Assembly (NCBI RefSeq): GCF_964204865.1
Contig: NC_135252.1
Coordinates: 20,336,001-20,400,000, forward strand
Length of the DNA stretch: 64,000 nt
Direction: 5' to 3'
Source: Styela clava
Taxonomy: Eukaryota
Below, piece by piece: positions 13,301-28,300 of the stretch (positions are counted from its first letter, which is position 1; each line of letters starts with the position of its first letter). A program made the translations under genes and the position numbers. Below the pieces are notes generated by a model. The model was not told where the DNA came from, did not search any database, and saw only the letters and a list, made by a program, of their open reading frames with translations.

Positions 13301-16300
13301 ATTATGGAACGTTTTTCAAAATCGTTGTTGTTGTTCTTGGCGTTGGCGATGACAAAAAAAAATTCTTTGCATTTAATTGACCAATCAATTTTATTACATG
13401 AAGATAGAAAACGGCGCGACATAGTTTTTTTCTAATATTGCTAACAAAGTAATTCATGATCTTGAACATGCAACTATATTGTAAAATACAGCTTGATGAA
13501 CAGAAGAGAAAATATGAAGAACAGAAAAAAATTGAAGAGATTCAAGATTTCCAGAAGTTTATTGAGTCAGTGCAAAGTTATGCAGAATTCCAGAAGTATG
13601 AGGAGTTTTTATCTGACAATGACAAAAACGAAATCGATGATAAATGCATTGAGTCGAAGGAATTTCTTAAAAAAAAACAGGTCAGTTAATTATTTGAAAT
13701 TTGCAATATTAAAGTAGAAATGGATTCTTTATATATATATATATATACCTCGTTAGTACATATCCTATCAGTAATTTTTTATTTTTCCGCTTTGAGCTTT
13801 TTTCAAATATACTGAGTAAATACTGATAGGATATATAAAAACTGACAGTGTAAGTCTTACTTACATAATAATTAGGTGAACTGTGTAAGAGCTTTAGTTA
13901 AAAAATGAGCCGACTGTCTCATTATCAAAGTCTCATTATCAAAATTTTTTTGTTTAATCATTACATCCAGCTATTTCTTTTGTAATAAAATATCTCCAAT
14001 TTTGATGTATTGACGTGATTATTAACATTAACAGAAAAAACTTGATATCCAACAAATACCAGACAAGAGACGTGAATTGGAAGATTTTGTCAAAAATCTG
14101 ATGGAGAGTCTAAAACAAAGATATAAGGTAAATGCGTTTTATTGTAATACTATCGAGGTCATTTATTTGTTTCACAATCAAAAGTACAAACTTATTGAAT
14201 TTCATAAGTACATATGACTTTTTGGCCATTTCTTTTAATTAATGCAAATTCATCCTAATTTTCTAACAATACATCCAAGATCCAAGTGAGCACACGAATT
14301 TTTTAAACCACATAAAATAACCTTTTCACAGCTTGAAAAGCAGAAGAAAATGAAACAAGAACAGAAACGACTTGAAGTGATTCAAGATTTCGAGCAATAT
14401 ATCAATTCAGTACAAGATCACACAGTATTTCAGAAATATGAGTTTTTATCTCATAATGACAAGGAAGAAATAAATATCAAATGTCATGAAGCGAAAGAAT
14501 TTCTCAAGAAACATCAGGCTAGTGTTTTGAACTATCAATATTAAAAAGCATCAAAATAAATTTAAATGTTCCCATTTAGCAATCTTTTCAAACTTGTTTT
14601 GACAGCTATATATTGGTATTTCTGTCACTAGTATAAAGCTATATACGTTCACCTCGTTAGTACATTTTCTATCAGTACTCTTATTCCGTTTCGGGTCTTG
14701 CCTTAAGTTTATTAAAACATAAAAAACTGTTTAACTGAGAGTGTAACTATTATTTACATAATAATTAGGTGAAATGTGTGAGCGCTTGGTTAAAAATGGA
14801 CCGACCGTTTAAAGGCATGTCCCAATACATGTTTATTTAGTCGATCCATGCAGTTACGTCAGTTTTTTTTGTATTAAAATGTCGGCGATCTTGAAGTATT
14901 GACGTAATCATTTACAGGGAAATCTTGATACCAAACAAATAAACGAAAAAAGGTCTGAATTTGAAGATTTTGTCAAAAGTCTGAAGGACGGCCTAGAACA
15001 AAAATATAAGGTAACGCGTTTTTTTTTTAAGATAATATAGACCCTTTATATTTTCCCGAAACAGTAGTAGAAATGGATTCAAACCCAAATGAGATACAAA
15101 TGACCTGTCGGTTTATTCCATTTATTTCATACGAATTCATTTGAAATTTTATTTATTTGAAAATATATACGAATGACTTGTCGGTTTATTCCATTTATTT
15201 CATACGAATTCATTTGAAAATTTATCAAAATTAATACTAAGGAAACAACGGAGATTAATAATAAATATGATTTAATACTTCAGTTTTATCCTCTAAATGT
15301 CATTCTACATGCAATATTATATTTATTTTCGATTACTTAATCGATATGATCTGTGATCGAACCAATTTAAAGTTTAGTTTAATATTTTCTATTTCAACCA
15401 TAATTAATATAATAAATTGATTGCTATATTTGTAATATCTGTATACTTCAAATGCGCGCAATCTCCTACCTTGCCTCGTTCTCGATACTCTTGTAACATT
15501 GAAAATATTTCTGGAACAAAATTTAACAAACAAGTTGAATAAAATATAAAGTCTACTCTACTAATCTTGAGGTACAAACTGAATAATTACAATTTATTAT
15601 AATGATTACAAAAACACAATTTACAGGCACATCACCTAGAAAAGCAAAGGAAGAGAGAAAACGAGAGAGACGAAGCGATTGGGAATTTTCAGAAGTTTAT
15701 TCAATCAGTTTATGCATTGGAAGAGTTTGCTGGATACAGGAAGTTTTTATCACCTGATGACAAAAAAGATGTTGATAATAAGTGTATCAAAATGAACACA
15801 TTTTTGAGCATAAATCCGGTAAGTCTTCTAAAAACCTTTCTTTTCATTAAAACTAAATAGGTAAATATTTCAATTTACATATTTAAAGGGAACATTCTTA
15901 TCTTCATTATTTAATATATAACAAAGTCTGTAATGCAATAACTATGTTTATAGCTTATGAAAACTACACATGTATTAACCTAATCATTTACAATAACAGG
16001 AGACTCTCGATATCCAACAAATACAAGACAAAAGAGATGAATTTGCTGATTTTGTTAAAAGTTCGAAGGACAGTCTAAAACAAAAATATAAGGTATATGG
16101 GTATATTACATATAAATATAAGGTCTCGGTTTTCAAGTACATAGAAGACTAAAATAATTATGAATTATATAATGTAAGATTAATATGATCTGTGAAGCAG
16201 CATTTCTGAATGAAAAGCTTCTACAAGACGTTCAAATAAATATGGTGTAATTCATACACAAACAATGGTTTCCAAAAATATTATAAAATATTATAGTAAA

Positions 16301-19300
16301 TATAAATTTAACAGGTCTATAAAGAAAAGCAACAAGAAAAACAAAACAAACTAAACAAGGCAATCATGAATTTTCAACAGTATATTCAATCAGTTCAAAC
16401 ATTTGAAGCATTTGCTGAATTTGAAAAGTTTTTGTCGTCAGAGGAAAAACAGGATGTCAATGATAGGTGTTTGAGAATAAACACATTTTTGATAACAAAT
16501 CGGGTAAGTTTTAAGAAAATTTGTGTTATATCATTAAATTTGAATAGAAATATGTTAATTTACATATTTACAACAACAATCTTATCTATTAATTAATACA
16601 TAGCATACATTGTAATGCAAGTCATACGTTTTTTAAATGTTTTTTATTATTATTGTTTTGATAACATCATTGCTTATTAAAGTTATATTACTTAGTTTGG
16701 AATATCTATCAAAAATAAGATTAGGAATAAACTACAAATTGAATATTTAATCTCGGAAAATAAAACGGTGCTCCCGCAGTATGTGAATCAAGATGGCGGA
16801 TACCGGTACGTAGTATGTGTACCAGGTCAGGGTTAGGCCATAATATTATTCCAACTTTCTTTATTTTAGTTCTATTACAAGTTCGGGGACTAGCCAAGTG
16901 ACTCTTGTAGTATTTGTACCTGAAATGGTGGCCTAACCCTGACCTGGTACACATACTACGTTCCGGCGTTCTCGACCGTTTTCACATACTACGCGAGTAC
17001 GAATGTAGCTATAAATTGTACATTTTTATAAAAAACAACCAAATGTCTTTATTGATTAATATATTTACAAACGAAAATCAGATCAAAAATTGAAAATAAA
17101 AATTATTCTAGGAAAGCCTTGACATCAACCAAGTGAAGGAAAAAAGATTAAAATTTGAAAATTTTGTTGCAAGTATGTTGAAATCTCTAAAGCAAAAATC
17201 TCAGGTAAAAATCTTATTTATTACATTAAGTGATCGAATTTCTATCACGATTAGATGCATTATAGACGATTTGAGCTGTACATATATGGCTTTTCTTCCA
17301 TTTATGATCTTGTCTTATTGGATAGGAACAGGAACGCTACACCGAGAATGAAACATTTAATTTGCAGCCCATGTATATTCTACTTTGCATTTGAAACAAT
17401 AAATAAATAGATCAAGTCAATAAATATTTATAATTCCATTTTTCTCGCTGAAACGTCAGAAATCTTGCAATTTTGGGTTTCTTTCTATTACCTCGGCGGA
17501 GAAATAATTGTTCTGGTCTAACAATATTCATTCTTATTAGCTCGTGAACATTGTGACAAAAAAGGAAAGAGAAAAAGAACAGAAGAAAAACGAGGTTATT
17601 CAAAATTTCCTGCTGTATATTCGATCAGTTGAATCGCACGCGGAATTCAAAGATTTTGCTGAGTTCCTAACTTCTGATGATAAAGCAGAAATCAATGCAA
17701 AATGTCTTGCAATGAAGGAAGTACTTAGCAACAACCAGGTACATACGGATTCGGATCACGACACATTTGCAACATCGTTTATTATTTAACCGAATTAATT
17801 AAAGACATCTTAATATTGATTACAAGTGGCGTCGCTTTGGGACACTTTTGTCACTCCTGCCCTACTTGCCCCAATTGTCTCCGTTATATTCCATGACTCT
17901 TCCATACTTGCCATACTCGCTCCACTATTACCACTGATCACCACGTCATGTAATATTATCTCACGTTCCAGTTGTAAGTGTCCAACTTGCACCATTTACC
18001 TTGGCCAACTTGTACCTTTTGCTCTTTTACCTTGGCGTGGGACGAGGGTACTAATCAATGTTCTTTATACTTTTAGCTAGGGTACTTGGTTCCGTTTAGC
18101 TAGGGAAGTTGGATTTACCAAACTTTCACTAAAATACATTGGTTGGCGGTGTATATCTTGTCTATTACAATGCACAGATGCAAATTGCAATCCCTTTTCA
18201 CTGAAACTGAAAAAAAAAATAGTTTAAGTTCAGATGTATAATATTAAAATGATCTGTTTTCAGGAAAAGCTTAGCGTAGAACAAATTCAGGATGTCAAAA
18301 TAGAATTTGAAGACTTTGTGGCTGATATAGTAAAGAAACTCAAAGATAGAGAGCAGGTGATTGAATTAAATATAATATGGAAAAGTACCCACAGAAAGGC
18401 GGAATTTGCCCTTCATACTTCAGCAAGGAAACATTTTAATAAGCGTCCAATATTATGTCATCATTGTGTATATAACGTTACAATTGAGCGCTACCAGACA
18501 CAAAAATGACAACACAAGTTGATGATATTTTTACATATTGAAGATTTCTCCACTTTTTAAAAATATTTTCTGATTCTGATTTATTTATTCACAAACAACT
18601 TTGTACTTAATTGTTATACAGGTTTCCATATATATCATATTGCTATTTTTCCGTTGTTAGTCTCGTTGCTGTAGTTGGATGTTTGTTTGATGTTGTTGGA
18701 AATTTTTTTCCATTGTTAAAACAATCGATTTTAATTTTTTAATAGTTGAAGATGAAAAAGTCGCTAGACGGCCTTTAGGGTGCAAATACAGTGCCGAAAA
18801 GAATAAAAAAAAATGGCGTGTTAGTTTGAAACTCTATTGCTTCAAAACCATATTATCTTTAACAGGAGGATCAAAAACAAAAGCTAAAAGAAGCAATTCA
18901 GAATTTCCAGGCGTACATTCAGTCCGTTCAAGAGCTCGAAGAATTTGCTCAATATGAAACATATCTAACGTCTATTGATATAAATGGAATCAAGGCTAAA
19001 TGTCTCAAATTACAAACATTCATCAACGAGAATATTGTAAGTTGTGCTTAAATATGAAATATGGAAAACAAAATATGAATAATAAAATTAATTGACTTGC
19101 AAGTTCGACAAGTGCCGCATTTAGTATCTTCTGTGGAATTTACAACAACGTAGCTTTTTTCCTAGTCATTCTGACTTGAAATTTACTCGGAAAATGTGCC
19201 TCGGTAACTGTCTGGCTTCTGTTGGTTTTGATATTCTAGTCGCTCGTAGATGAGACAGCCCGTGCTTAGGGTAACTTCCCGCGAAAGTAAGAAAGACGGC

Positions 19301-22300
19301 GTCCTCCTAATGCTTCTATAACAAAAGAAGGGTTTTAAGTTTTTGTCACTACTAAACATAAGAGTTGAATATTTTTCACGGTAATACGATATACAAGTAA
19401 TAATTTTATCTCCAGGGAAACCTTCATTTCAAACAAATCGAAGACAAAAGAGCTGAATTTGAAAGTTTCATTCAAAGTATTGTGACTAAACTGCAAAGCA
19501 AAGCTCAGGTAATCATTTCAATACGATTTACATCATGTTAGATTACAGCGTTTTCCAACCTTTTTTGGTCGCGGACTATTTTCTCACCGACGAAAACCTT
19601 TGCGGACTCAACGTGCTTTTATTGCAACCGGACTCTGTGTGAAGAAGTAATCAAACCAAACACAACAGAATTTTAACGAATTTCAAATTCGGAAATTCGC
19701 CGCAATCAGGCGTTTGTTAAAAGGACCGACTTTTTTTAGTGTATAAATGGCCTTTTCTGTCGCACAATATTCAATTCATGACAACGACGACAATTTAAAA
19801 TGTCTCTCTATTTTTAATTTAATTGTGTTCGTGGTCACTCGCGGTTGCGTCGACTTGTGATAAGATGAACGCATTACTTTTTTAAAATGCGACGCCAATC
19901 TGTGAACATAATAATGTGAGAATATATTGCCCGATTATAATTAGTTTTGATACATATTTTTTTGCGATCTTGCAAATTTGTTGTCGCCGTTAGAAAAATC
20001 CTACTATCTGCTATAAATTTACAGAAAGTACAACTTGATTTGTAACTTATTAAAAATATAATTAAAGTATATCAGTAGATCGAGAAAAAAAAATTTCATC
20101 ACATTGCTTTAATATTAATTTAATTGTGATCATTTTATTTTAATCTGCGGTTGTGTTGACGAAATAAAAGCAACACTACTCAAAAATTATCATGACAATC
20201 CGTGAGCACAAAAATGCGTGGTGAAGTGCCCGAATATATTTTGTTTTGATTCGCATTTTTGTGAATTCGACAAATCTGAGCTATTCGTACAACACTTATG
20301 GCGCTCCAGTACTGTACGTACGTACCAATGTGAAGGCAGTAAAGCAAAGAATCCTAAGGGAAAATGCTCTGATACGTATACTACGGTAGCACTCGAAATT
20401 TTGCGATTTGCAATGTCTAAAAAGCGTTTTTAATCGGTCGCGGACCATCATAAAACAAAACTTATGGTGTTCTCCGTTTTATTTTTTAGTATTTTGTTTT
20501 GCCGCTTTTCAATTTAGAATATTTAGGTTGCCACCATTGACACCTGCCAAATTTTCAAATAGTAAATTGCTATTCTAATAGTTGAATATTCGAGTAAATG
20601 CGTAGCCCTATACTCAGTATCCAGTAATTATTGGCTCGATTAATGTTATGTGAATAAACTTGCTTTTTATGTTTTATGTAAATTCTAACGTAAATCGTAA
20701 CTTGGCTGATGGTTAAGTTTCGCAAAAACGTTTGGGGCCGCAGTGAATTTCTGGCTTGTTGCGGACTCATTCAAACGCTCCGCGGACTCAGTTGAGACCC
20801 CGGATTCGGGTTGAGAAACAATGTGTTAGCATGATTCAATATCGATTTATATATCTAAGTTTTGTTTATACTATAATAATTATATCTTATAAAAAATATA
20901 TTAAAAAAAATGTATTTCCTAAAAGATTATTTTTAAAGTTCATGGTCAATTACCTCATAATAAGATTTGCTCGGATTTTCTAGATGTGAAACCATGCATA
21001 TATACTTTTTAAATTCATCTAATCGTTCATTCATTCTTGTTCTAATTTATCTCTTTTTGCTTCCTCCCATGCGTGTGATCCACTCACACAAATATAGGAG
21101 TTGTCTAACTGTTATGTTTCACAAAATAATATTCCATTTACGAGAAAACCAGCTGAATATTATTGTTATTCACTTTTTATTTAGATGGCTGCAGATAAGA
21201 TAAAACAAGAGAGAAGAAAAAAGTGGGATGAAGCAAACAGAAACCTTCGGAAAACGTTAGATTCAGTTCGTACGCAAATAACGAACAGACATCTCGGCAA
21301 AGATTTTTCTCAATACATCGAAAACATAAAACGTACTTGTAACCAAGTCGAAGATTGGCTTCAAAAGAGTCAAGTAAGCGTGACAATTGTAAATTATATC
21401 TGCCATGAAACATTATGTTCTTTCAAATACATAGTGACTCTCTTCCTATCAGTGGGTGGTCACCTAGTGCTTTGTTTAAAAAGCAAAGTTTTCTCATTAA
21501 ATAATACACTTCAGTGAGCGCCATTTAACTTTGCACAAGAAAGCAGTCTCTTTTTCTTCTAAGTGAGTGAGCAAAACCGTGCTTTGGGCAAATTTTCAAA
21601 CAAAGGTAAATTTTGTATTAAACTGCTAAAATTAAATTTAAAGATTAGAACACTTGGCGGTGATTGAATCAGCACATTTAAAACGTTTTGTTGCTTCAGG
21701 GTAAGTATACACAATTACAACATTTTTCAGAAAACCATCACTGTAGAAGAACTAGAATCAAAAGTTATTGAAGTGGAGGCGACTCTTAAAAACTTTTGGA
21801 GTGGATTAAAACAAGAGATACAGGTGAATGTCTAGGAGGGTGGTTGGAGACGGTTCAATGTTTTATGCAACAATGCTTTGCATCCACGCAGATTCTTGCA
21901 GTACTAGTGCTTGCTATCCTATCAGCATGTACAACTAACAATAGTGATTCCAGATCTAAAGATCCACCATTTGTCTTTTTCAAGCAATAAAAATGACATC
22001 TAAGTCTTTTTCGATATATCAAATTACTTATTTTAGGCATCTCAATCGTTAACCGAATCTTTTTACTCTTTAGCAATTCTTACTTTAATCGAACATCCAT
22101 TTTTGGTTATGGCATTACTCACTACCCATTACTCATCCCACTCGTTATCCGCGTTACGTTATACGCTTTATTATCCTCATTAAGATTCCAGAACAAGTGT
22201 TAAAAACACTCAAAAATTCAGTTGTTTTCTGATGTACAAACCAGGTCATCGAAGCAGATAAGCAACAGCAAGCAAATAAAGAAAGAAAACTGACTGAAAC

Positions 22301-25300
22301 TCGTCATAATCTCATGGGGTATCTAGATTCAATTCGTCAGATGTGCGAATCAGAACAAATTGCTGAAACTGAATATGCAGATAAACTAAGTGGCCTATGC
22401 AATGAAACTGAAGAATGGCTCAAATCTGAAGTGAGTCTCAGCATTGCTTAAATTAAGACGATTTGTTCATGCCAATTTCTCATCATAAAATACTCTTATA
22501 GTTGGATACATGGTTTACATATGCATCGTTTTTCCCAATTCTTGTTGTAGTGTTTTTTGTTATGTAGTTATCACTGAAGTATGTGTTGTGAGTGTTGGAA
22601 ATAAATCTTTTTACCCAATTAAAAGGTGATTACATTTTGAATGGGAAACTTTCTCTGTGACGAGATATTTCGCTGAAAAATTTACCGTTTTATTTAATTA
22701 GAGGAGAACACTTTGTATTCTGCGTTGCCATACCGCCCTTGCAATGCTTGCACCCTCAGATCTTTTTAACAAATTTTTATCAGGCCTTGCAGTGGAGTAG
22801 AGTGTACCGAGGTCCGACATATGTGTCAGCATGTTTGAACATTGCTCTCTCGTTTACTTCTAATTTTTTTTAAGCAGAATCTTTAGTTCTGTCGTTTTCA
22901 AGATTTTGAATGTGATAAAACGATTGCTAACTGTGACTACTTTAACAGGGGATATCAGCAGAATCGATCCAAACTAAGCACGAGGAGTTGCAAGCTACTG
23001 TGCAAGGAATCAAACAAAGTATAAGCAAAATGAAACAGGTTTGTCAATACTCTTATTTGAAGATATATTATACGACTTGGAACAATTCTTCATCTCTGAC
23101 ATATTATATTATTGTATGTACATTTTCATGGATAAATAAGTTGATTGTGGCTGGATGGGTTTTATGCGCATATCAGTGATCGGAGTCGTTTTTCGTTTCT
23201 ATTTGTATCGGACGTCTTCTGGATATCCAAGACCCCTCAACATACTTTGACATATACTTTTTTTATTGTTGATTGTTGTTCGATTTTTTATGCTATTCTC
23301 AATTATTGTTAGGCCTAATAACGTATTTTGCTGTTCAGTAACCAGTATTTGTTTTCCTTCAGCCCTAAAGCCATTTTTACTTTTTTGTAATCTTTATTCA
23401 CAAAGTGTATTTATGTATGGTGGAAAAATAAATTCCTGATTAGTGGCATATATTTCCAAAGGAAAAAGAAGCAGAAGAAAATCTTCGACAAAAAGCATTC
23501 GACAATATGTGGAATTATATCGACGAAGTTCAAACAAAGATCGCAACTGATGTGGAAAACGATGAGTTTACGAGACCGCATATCAATAGGATTACAGAAA
23601 GCTGCGAAATAGTATTGGAGTGGGTTAAAAAAAATTATGTGAGTTCGAAATTTATACAATATGATATATAACACCCCTTAAAATAAAATGGTGCTTGGGT
23701 TAGACTTTGGTCACCTTTATCAAATACTCACGGTAAGTAATCTAAACAAAATATGAGAGATTGGGAAGCCACTCATATTTATTTTGTGTTAGCTTACTAA
23801 AACAAAATGGCGAGTTCCAACAAAAGCAAGTATAATAATTTTAGGAGTAGCAGGTAGCCACTTACTATTGTTTAGGGGAATCAAGTCATTGACTGTACTT
23901 GAGCCACCTTTTAAGGACTTACGTTTACTCGACCTGAGTCATCGAAATTAATGGATTGAAAGTTCAAAGTGCCCTTATATCCACTCATTTTATTATTGTT
24001 TATTCATCTACCTATGACTTGGAATCGACCTGTGACTTGATTTGCGACTTATGATTTGGCTGCGGCTGTGACCGTGTATTGCGCTGTGACACGTGCTTGA
24101 ATTCTAACATTTGCTGGAACTTATACTTAAGTCGAAACTCAGGTGACTCGGAACTCGATTTGACTTTCGACTCGGGGTTGAGGACCTGACTCAACACTTG
24201 GAAACTACGGATATACTGATTGTTAATAGATGTTGGTGGATGCAACTCTTTAACGGAGAATCTATGGTTTTTAAAAATAAAAACACCTCAGTAGAAGTAA
24301 TGCGGAAATTTTTGCGGATATTTCTATTTTAGTATTTATTATGACATTATTTGCTTAGAGGCTAAAATTTTTTTCAAATTTTATGCTATTAAACTCTATA
24401 ACTTGTTGTATACTTTCCAAGGATCGAATTACATTCGATACCATTATATCAGAGCAGCGTAATCTACGAACAACGATTGAGGATATTTATGATAAAATGC
24501 AAGCAAGCAAAACTGAGGTAAGATAAAACTATGGGAATTGCATTCGAAATTTTAATATAGAATTTACGTGCAACGAAGCTTGCAACTTTGGACGTATGTC
24601 GTTACATATAAATTAGAATCACTCGCATATAATGCATAAAAATACCCTATTTTGCACAAAAAATGAAGTTTACTCATTCTGGTTCTGAGTTTTCGTTTTT
24701 ACATGTTTCACATTAATATATAGCACATGGGATGTGAGGCTGAATATGGGGTTTCAATTGAAAAATTTGAAAAGGGGATGCACTAGGTGCTAATACCAGA
24801 AAGAAAATTTCTGATTCGCAAAGCGGGAATGATTCAATATTACTTTTTCAAAGCACCTTTTTGATCTACCCCTTCATTTATTTTTCAGGCAGAAGAAATA
24901 TTTCGACAGCAAGCCCTAACTGCTGTACATCATTACATTGACGATGTTTGTAAAAGTCTGGAAGCTGAAAGAGAAACGGACAAAACAATCGTCCAGTGCA
25001 TTGATACAATATACAAGCATTGCACGAATGTATTCAAATGGACTAATGAAAATTACGTAAGTCAGTCGCGCAAGGAAATTCGACTCACGGTGACCAAGTG
25101 AACTGGTCGATTAAGTACACCGTATTTTACACCGATTCGTAGTAATCGACATCCTAGAGCTTTCTATGTAGGCGTACTTTTTAGCTTCATCAAATTCTAA
25201 GTTTGGGCTATGTAACAGAAAGTGTACTGGATTTCGTTGGTTCAAATTGAACGCATTATCACTGTAATTATTCCGTCCCATTCAAAACCTACAAAAAGAT

Positions 25301-28300
25301 ATGATTCAGTTGACAAATTACTTTATTTATAATATCGATATTAAATTGTTTTCAGCATCAAATCACTGGCGGAAGAATTTTATCAGAATTTGATAACTTA
25401 CAGAAAAATGTCAATGATATTTTTAATGTGTTACAAGCCAGAAAAATAGAGGTGAGATTTTCCTATCGATGGTATTCGAATGTCTTGCACCATACCTGCA
25501 TATTTACGAGAGCAGTAATTTTGTGCGAGAACCTTAATTTCCGAATATAGGTTTAAAGATTTATGACCAGAAGTAATTCAATTTCATGGTACGTTTTGGG
25601 TCAAGATAGGTGTAAAACTGAGAAAGTACTTACCGTAGAGCCGAGTAAAGACAGTCGAATTTATACCGAAATATTATATTATTTGAAAAATGTACTCAAA
25701 CTAAATTGGTCGCAGAGTAGGAAAACAACATTCTGACCATATTTTATCTACTAAAATAATTGCATATCTTTTTTCTAAAGTAAAGTATTTATCAGCAATT
25801 ATTATTTTATCAATAACTATGCCCTTAACTATAAGTTGAATGTGACTCTTCGGAGCAAAACTCTAAATCAAATATTGCTAAGGTTCTTTTTGAAGTATTT
25901 TTAGTTATATATCTATCAACTATTCATTTTATGTAAAAACTCAATGAAGTTATATTTCCTACAAGGCCGAAGCTGAGCGTGAACGACAGCGGGCAGAAAC
26001 GATTAGAAAGCGCGCGGAAGTAATCAACAATCTCCGAGCCCACATTTCCGAGGTCAGATCGAGAGTTGTATTCAAAAAGTTCAAGAACAGATTGACTGAA
26101 GAAGATTTGAGATTGATATTTAGTCAATGTAACATTGCAGAAAGACATATCGAGGTGAATATCGCGTTGCCTATGTTGGTATTAAAGGTTAAAATCTTAA
26201 TTGAAATGCCATATCAACATACTAACCCAGTGTGTAACAAATTGGCTAAAAATGTCAAAACTGTATTAGTCTATTAACATATTAGCTTATGTCACATTCT
26301 AAGGTTTTGAGAAAATTGCATTTTTGTGGTAGTTAAATAAAAACCTACCTTAAATAATTTACCTAAAATAAGTTACCTAAAATAAAAACTAAAAGGTCCA
26401 GGTTTGTAACCCCAAAATGGTCTATAAATACATAAATTCAGATAATTTCTAAAAAATATGACTTGAGCTCCTTTGATTCTACTCGATTGGTGTTGTAAAT
26501 AATTTAATTGTTGTTCAGGAAAATTCAGATACGATCCAACTGGAAGTCCAATATTTGGATATACGCAAAATGACTGAAGATGTGTACAAAAAGTTAAAAA
26601 GAATTGACACGGTGGGGTGAATATTTTAAAATGTATTCCCTTTTGAAGCTTGCTACATTTGGACTTAGTTTCGTCAATTTTACTTTTCGTAGACCTGTCT
26701 GTTACTTTTAATATTATAACGTTTTTTCTTCCCGTTGTATATATGATAAAATATAGACAATATTATTTAAATTATTATTTTTTCAATCATTACTGATTAT
26801 GAATATTAAATGTTTTTAGTTAGAAAAGGCTGAGGTGGCAAGGAGGCAAGCCGAAGAGCAAAGAAAGAAAGATGATATGTCTCAAAAAGTGAAGAGTTAC
26901 ATCGACCGTGTCCAACGTCTTACTGTGTTTGAGCCTCTCACGTCTAGATTGACAAAAAACGATGAAGCTCGAATTCAATCTGAATGCATCAAAGCAAATC
27001 AGTTTTTAATTGCGGTACACGAACCTATTTGCTCAGAATCTTAAAATATCTAAAAAGGGTTTAAGCGTAATGTTGTGACGTCCAATATGGCCACATACGT
27101 TGGGACAAGTCATACAAAATTAGATTCTTTACTGGAATATTTTCAAGTCATTGTAGAAAATACCGCTAGTGTCAGTATTTGGCCTAAAGTTAGTTTTTCA
27201 CCGTGTGGTTTTCATCACCAATATTCTGTCAAATATAATAAAACGTTTATTCATCTAATAGGAAAACTTGACTTCTGCTGAAATTGAAAAAAAGTGTAGA
27301 GAACTAGAGGAATATGTTCAAATTATTTACAAGAAGTCGAAAACATGGGAAGAGGTATTTGATCTAGTTGTTGCTTGTTTTTTTTTTCCAAAATCAGTTC
27401 ATGTGTTATATGTAATGTATATTATATCTTCGATCAAAAAAATGAATTTTTTTGAAATGCAAATGAGTTTAATATTCACGACTTATTAACCTGTAGAGTA
27501 GAGTTTTGTTTTCTCAAAATTTATACATATTCGCTACTTTCGAAATTTTTCTATGATTTTGTAATTTCGCTTTTAATGAGGATATATATGCGAATCCAAT
27601 CGGACATAGAATCTTGTTTTATGAGAATGGATTTGACGTGATTCGTTCGAATTTGATGAATTACAGAAAACTCTCATGATATTTTTAATGCGTTACGGGC
27701 CAGAAAAATAGAGGCGAGATTTTACTATCTACGGTATTTGAATGTCTTGCACCATACCTGTAAATTCATTGGAGCAGTACTTATGTGGGAGAACTTTATT
27801 ACCGAATATATGTTTAAATATTTATTACTGGGTGTAATTTAATTTCTTGGTACGTTCTGGGTCAAGATAGGTGTAATTGTGAGGAAGTTGTTACTGTAGA
27901 GCAGAGTAAAGTCAGTCAAATTATACCGAAATATTATCTGATTGGGAAAATGCACCCAAGCTAAATTGGTCGCAGAGTAGGGAAACAACATTCTGGCCAT
28001 ACTTAATCTACTAAAATAATTGCATACCTTTTTTTTAAAGTAAAGTATTTATCACCAATTATTATTTTCCAAATAACTATGCCATTAACTAATAATTGAA
28101 TGTTACTTTTCTCAGCAAAACTCCAAATTAAATGTAGCTGAGGTTCTTACTAAATTATTCCTAGCTATATTTATATCAACTAGCCATTTTTAAAAAACAA
28201 TGAAATTTAATTTCGGGAAAGGTCGAAGCTGAGCGTGAACGAGAGCGGGCAGAAACGATTAGAAAACGCGCGGAAGTAATCAACAATCTTCGAGCATACA

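Larger units (their letters stand above)
1343..19508 (+). repeat. Lid repeats 1-15 (mostly F-type subfamily); exon+intron units duplicated in tandem
   Basis: Shared consensus E(A/E)IxxFQxYIxSVQxHxxFxxYExFLxxxDKxExxxKCxxxxxFLxxNx | ExLDIxQIxxKRxEFExFVxxxxxxLxxKAQ. Introns are also visibly homologous among repeats 2-5, 6-7, 8/10/11 and 12-13. Confidence 0.85.

Noticed and set aside
17810-18080. Overlapping 61- and 84-aa ORFs in an intron
   Set aside because: Possibly a retroelement fragment, but no diagnostic motif could be recognised.
23870-24210. GACTT/GACTCG-rich segment (paralog ~57770-58130) with ORF 24012-24245
   Set aside because: Looks like a decayed low-complexity MITE in an intron; boundaries not definable and the ORF is spurious.
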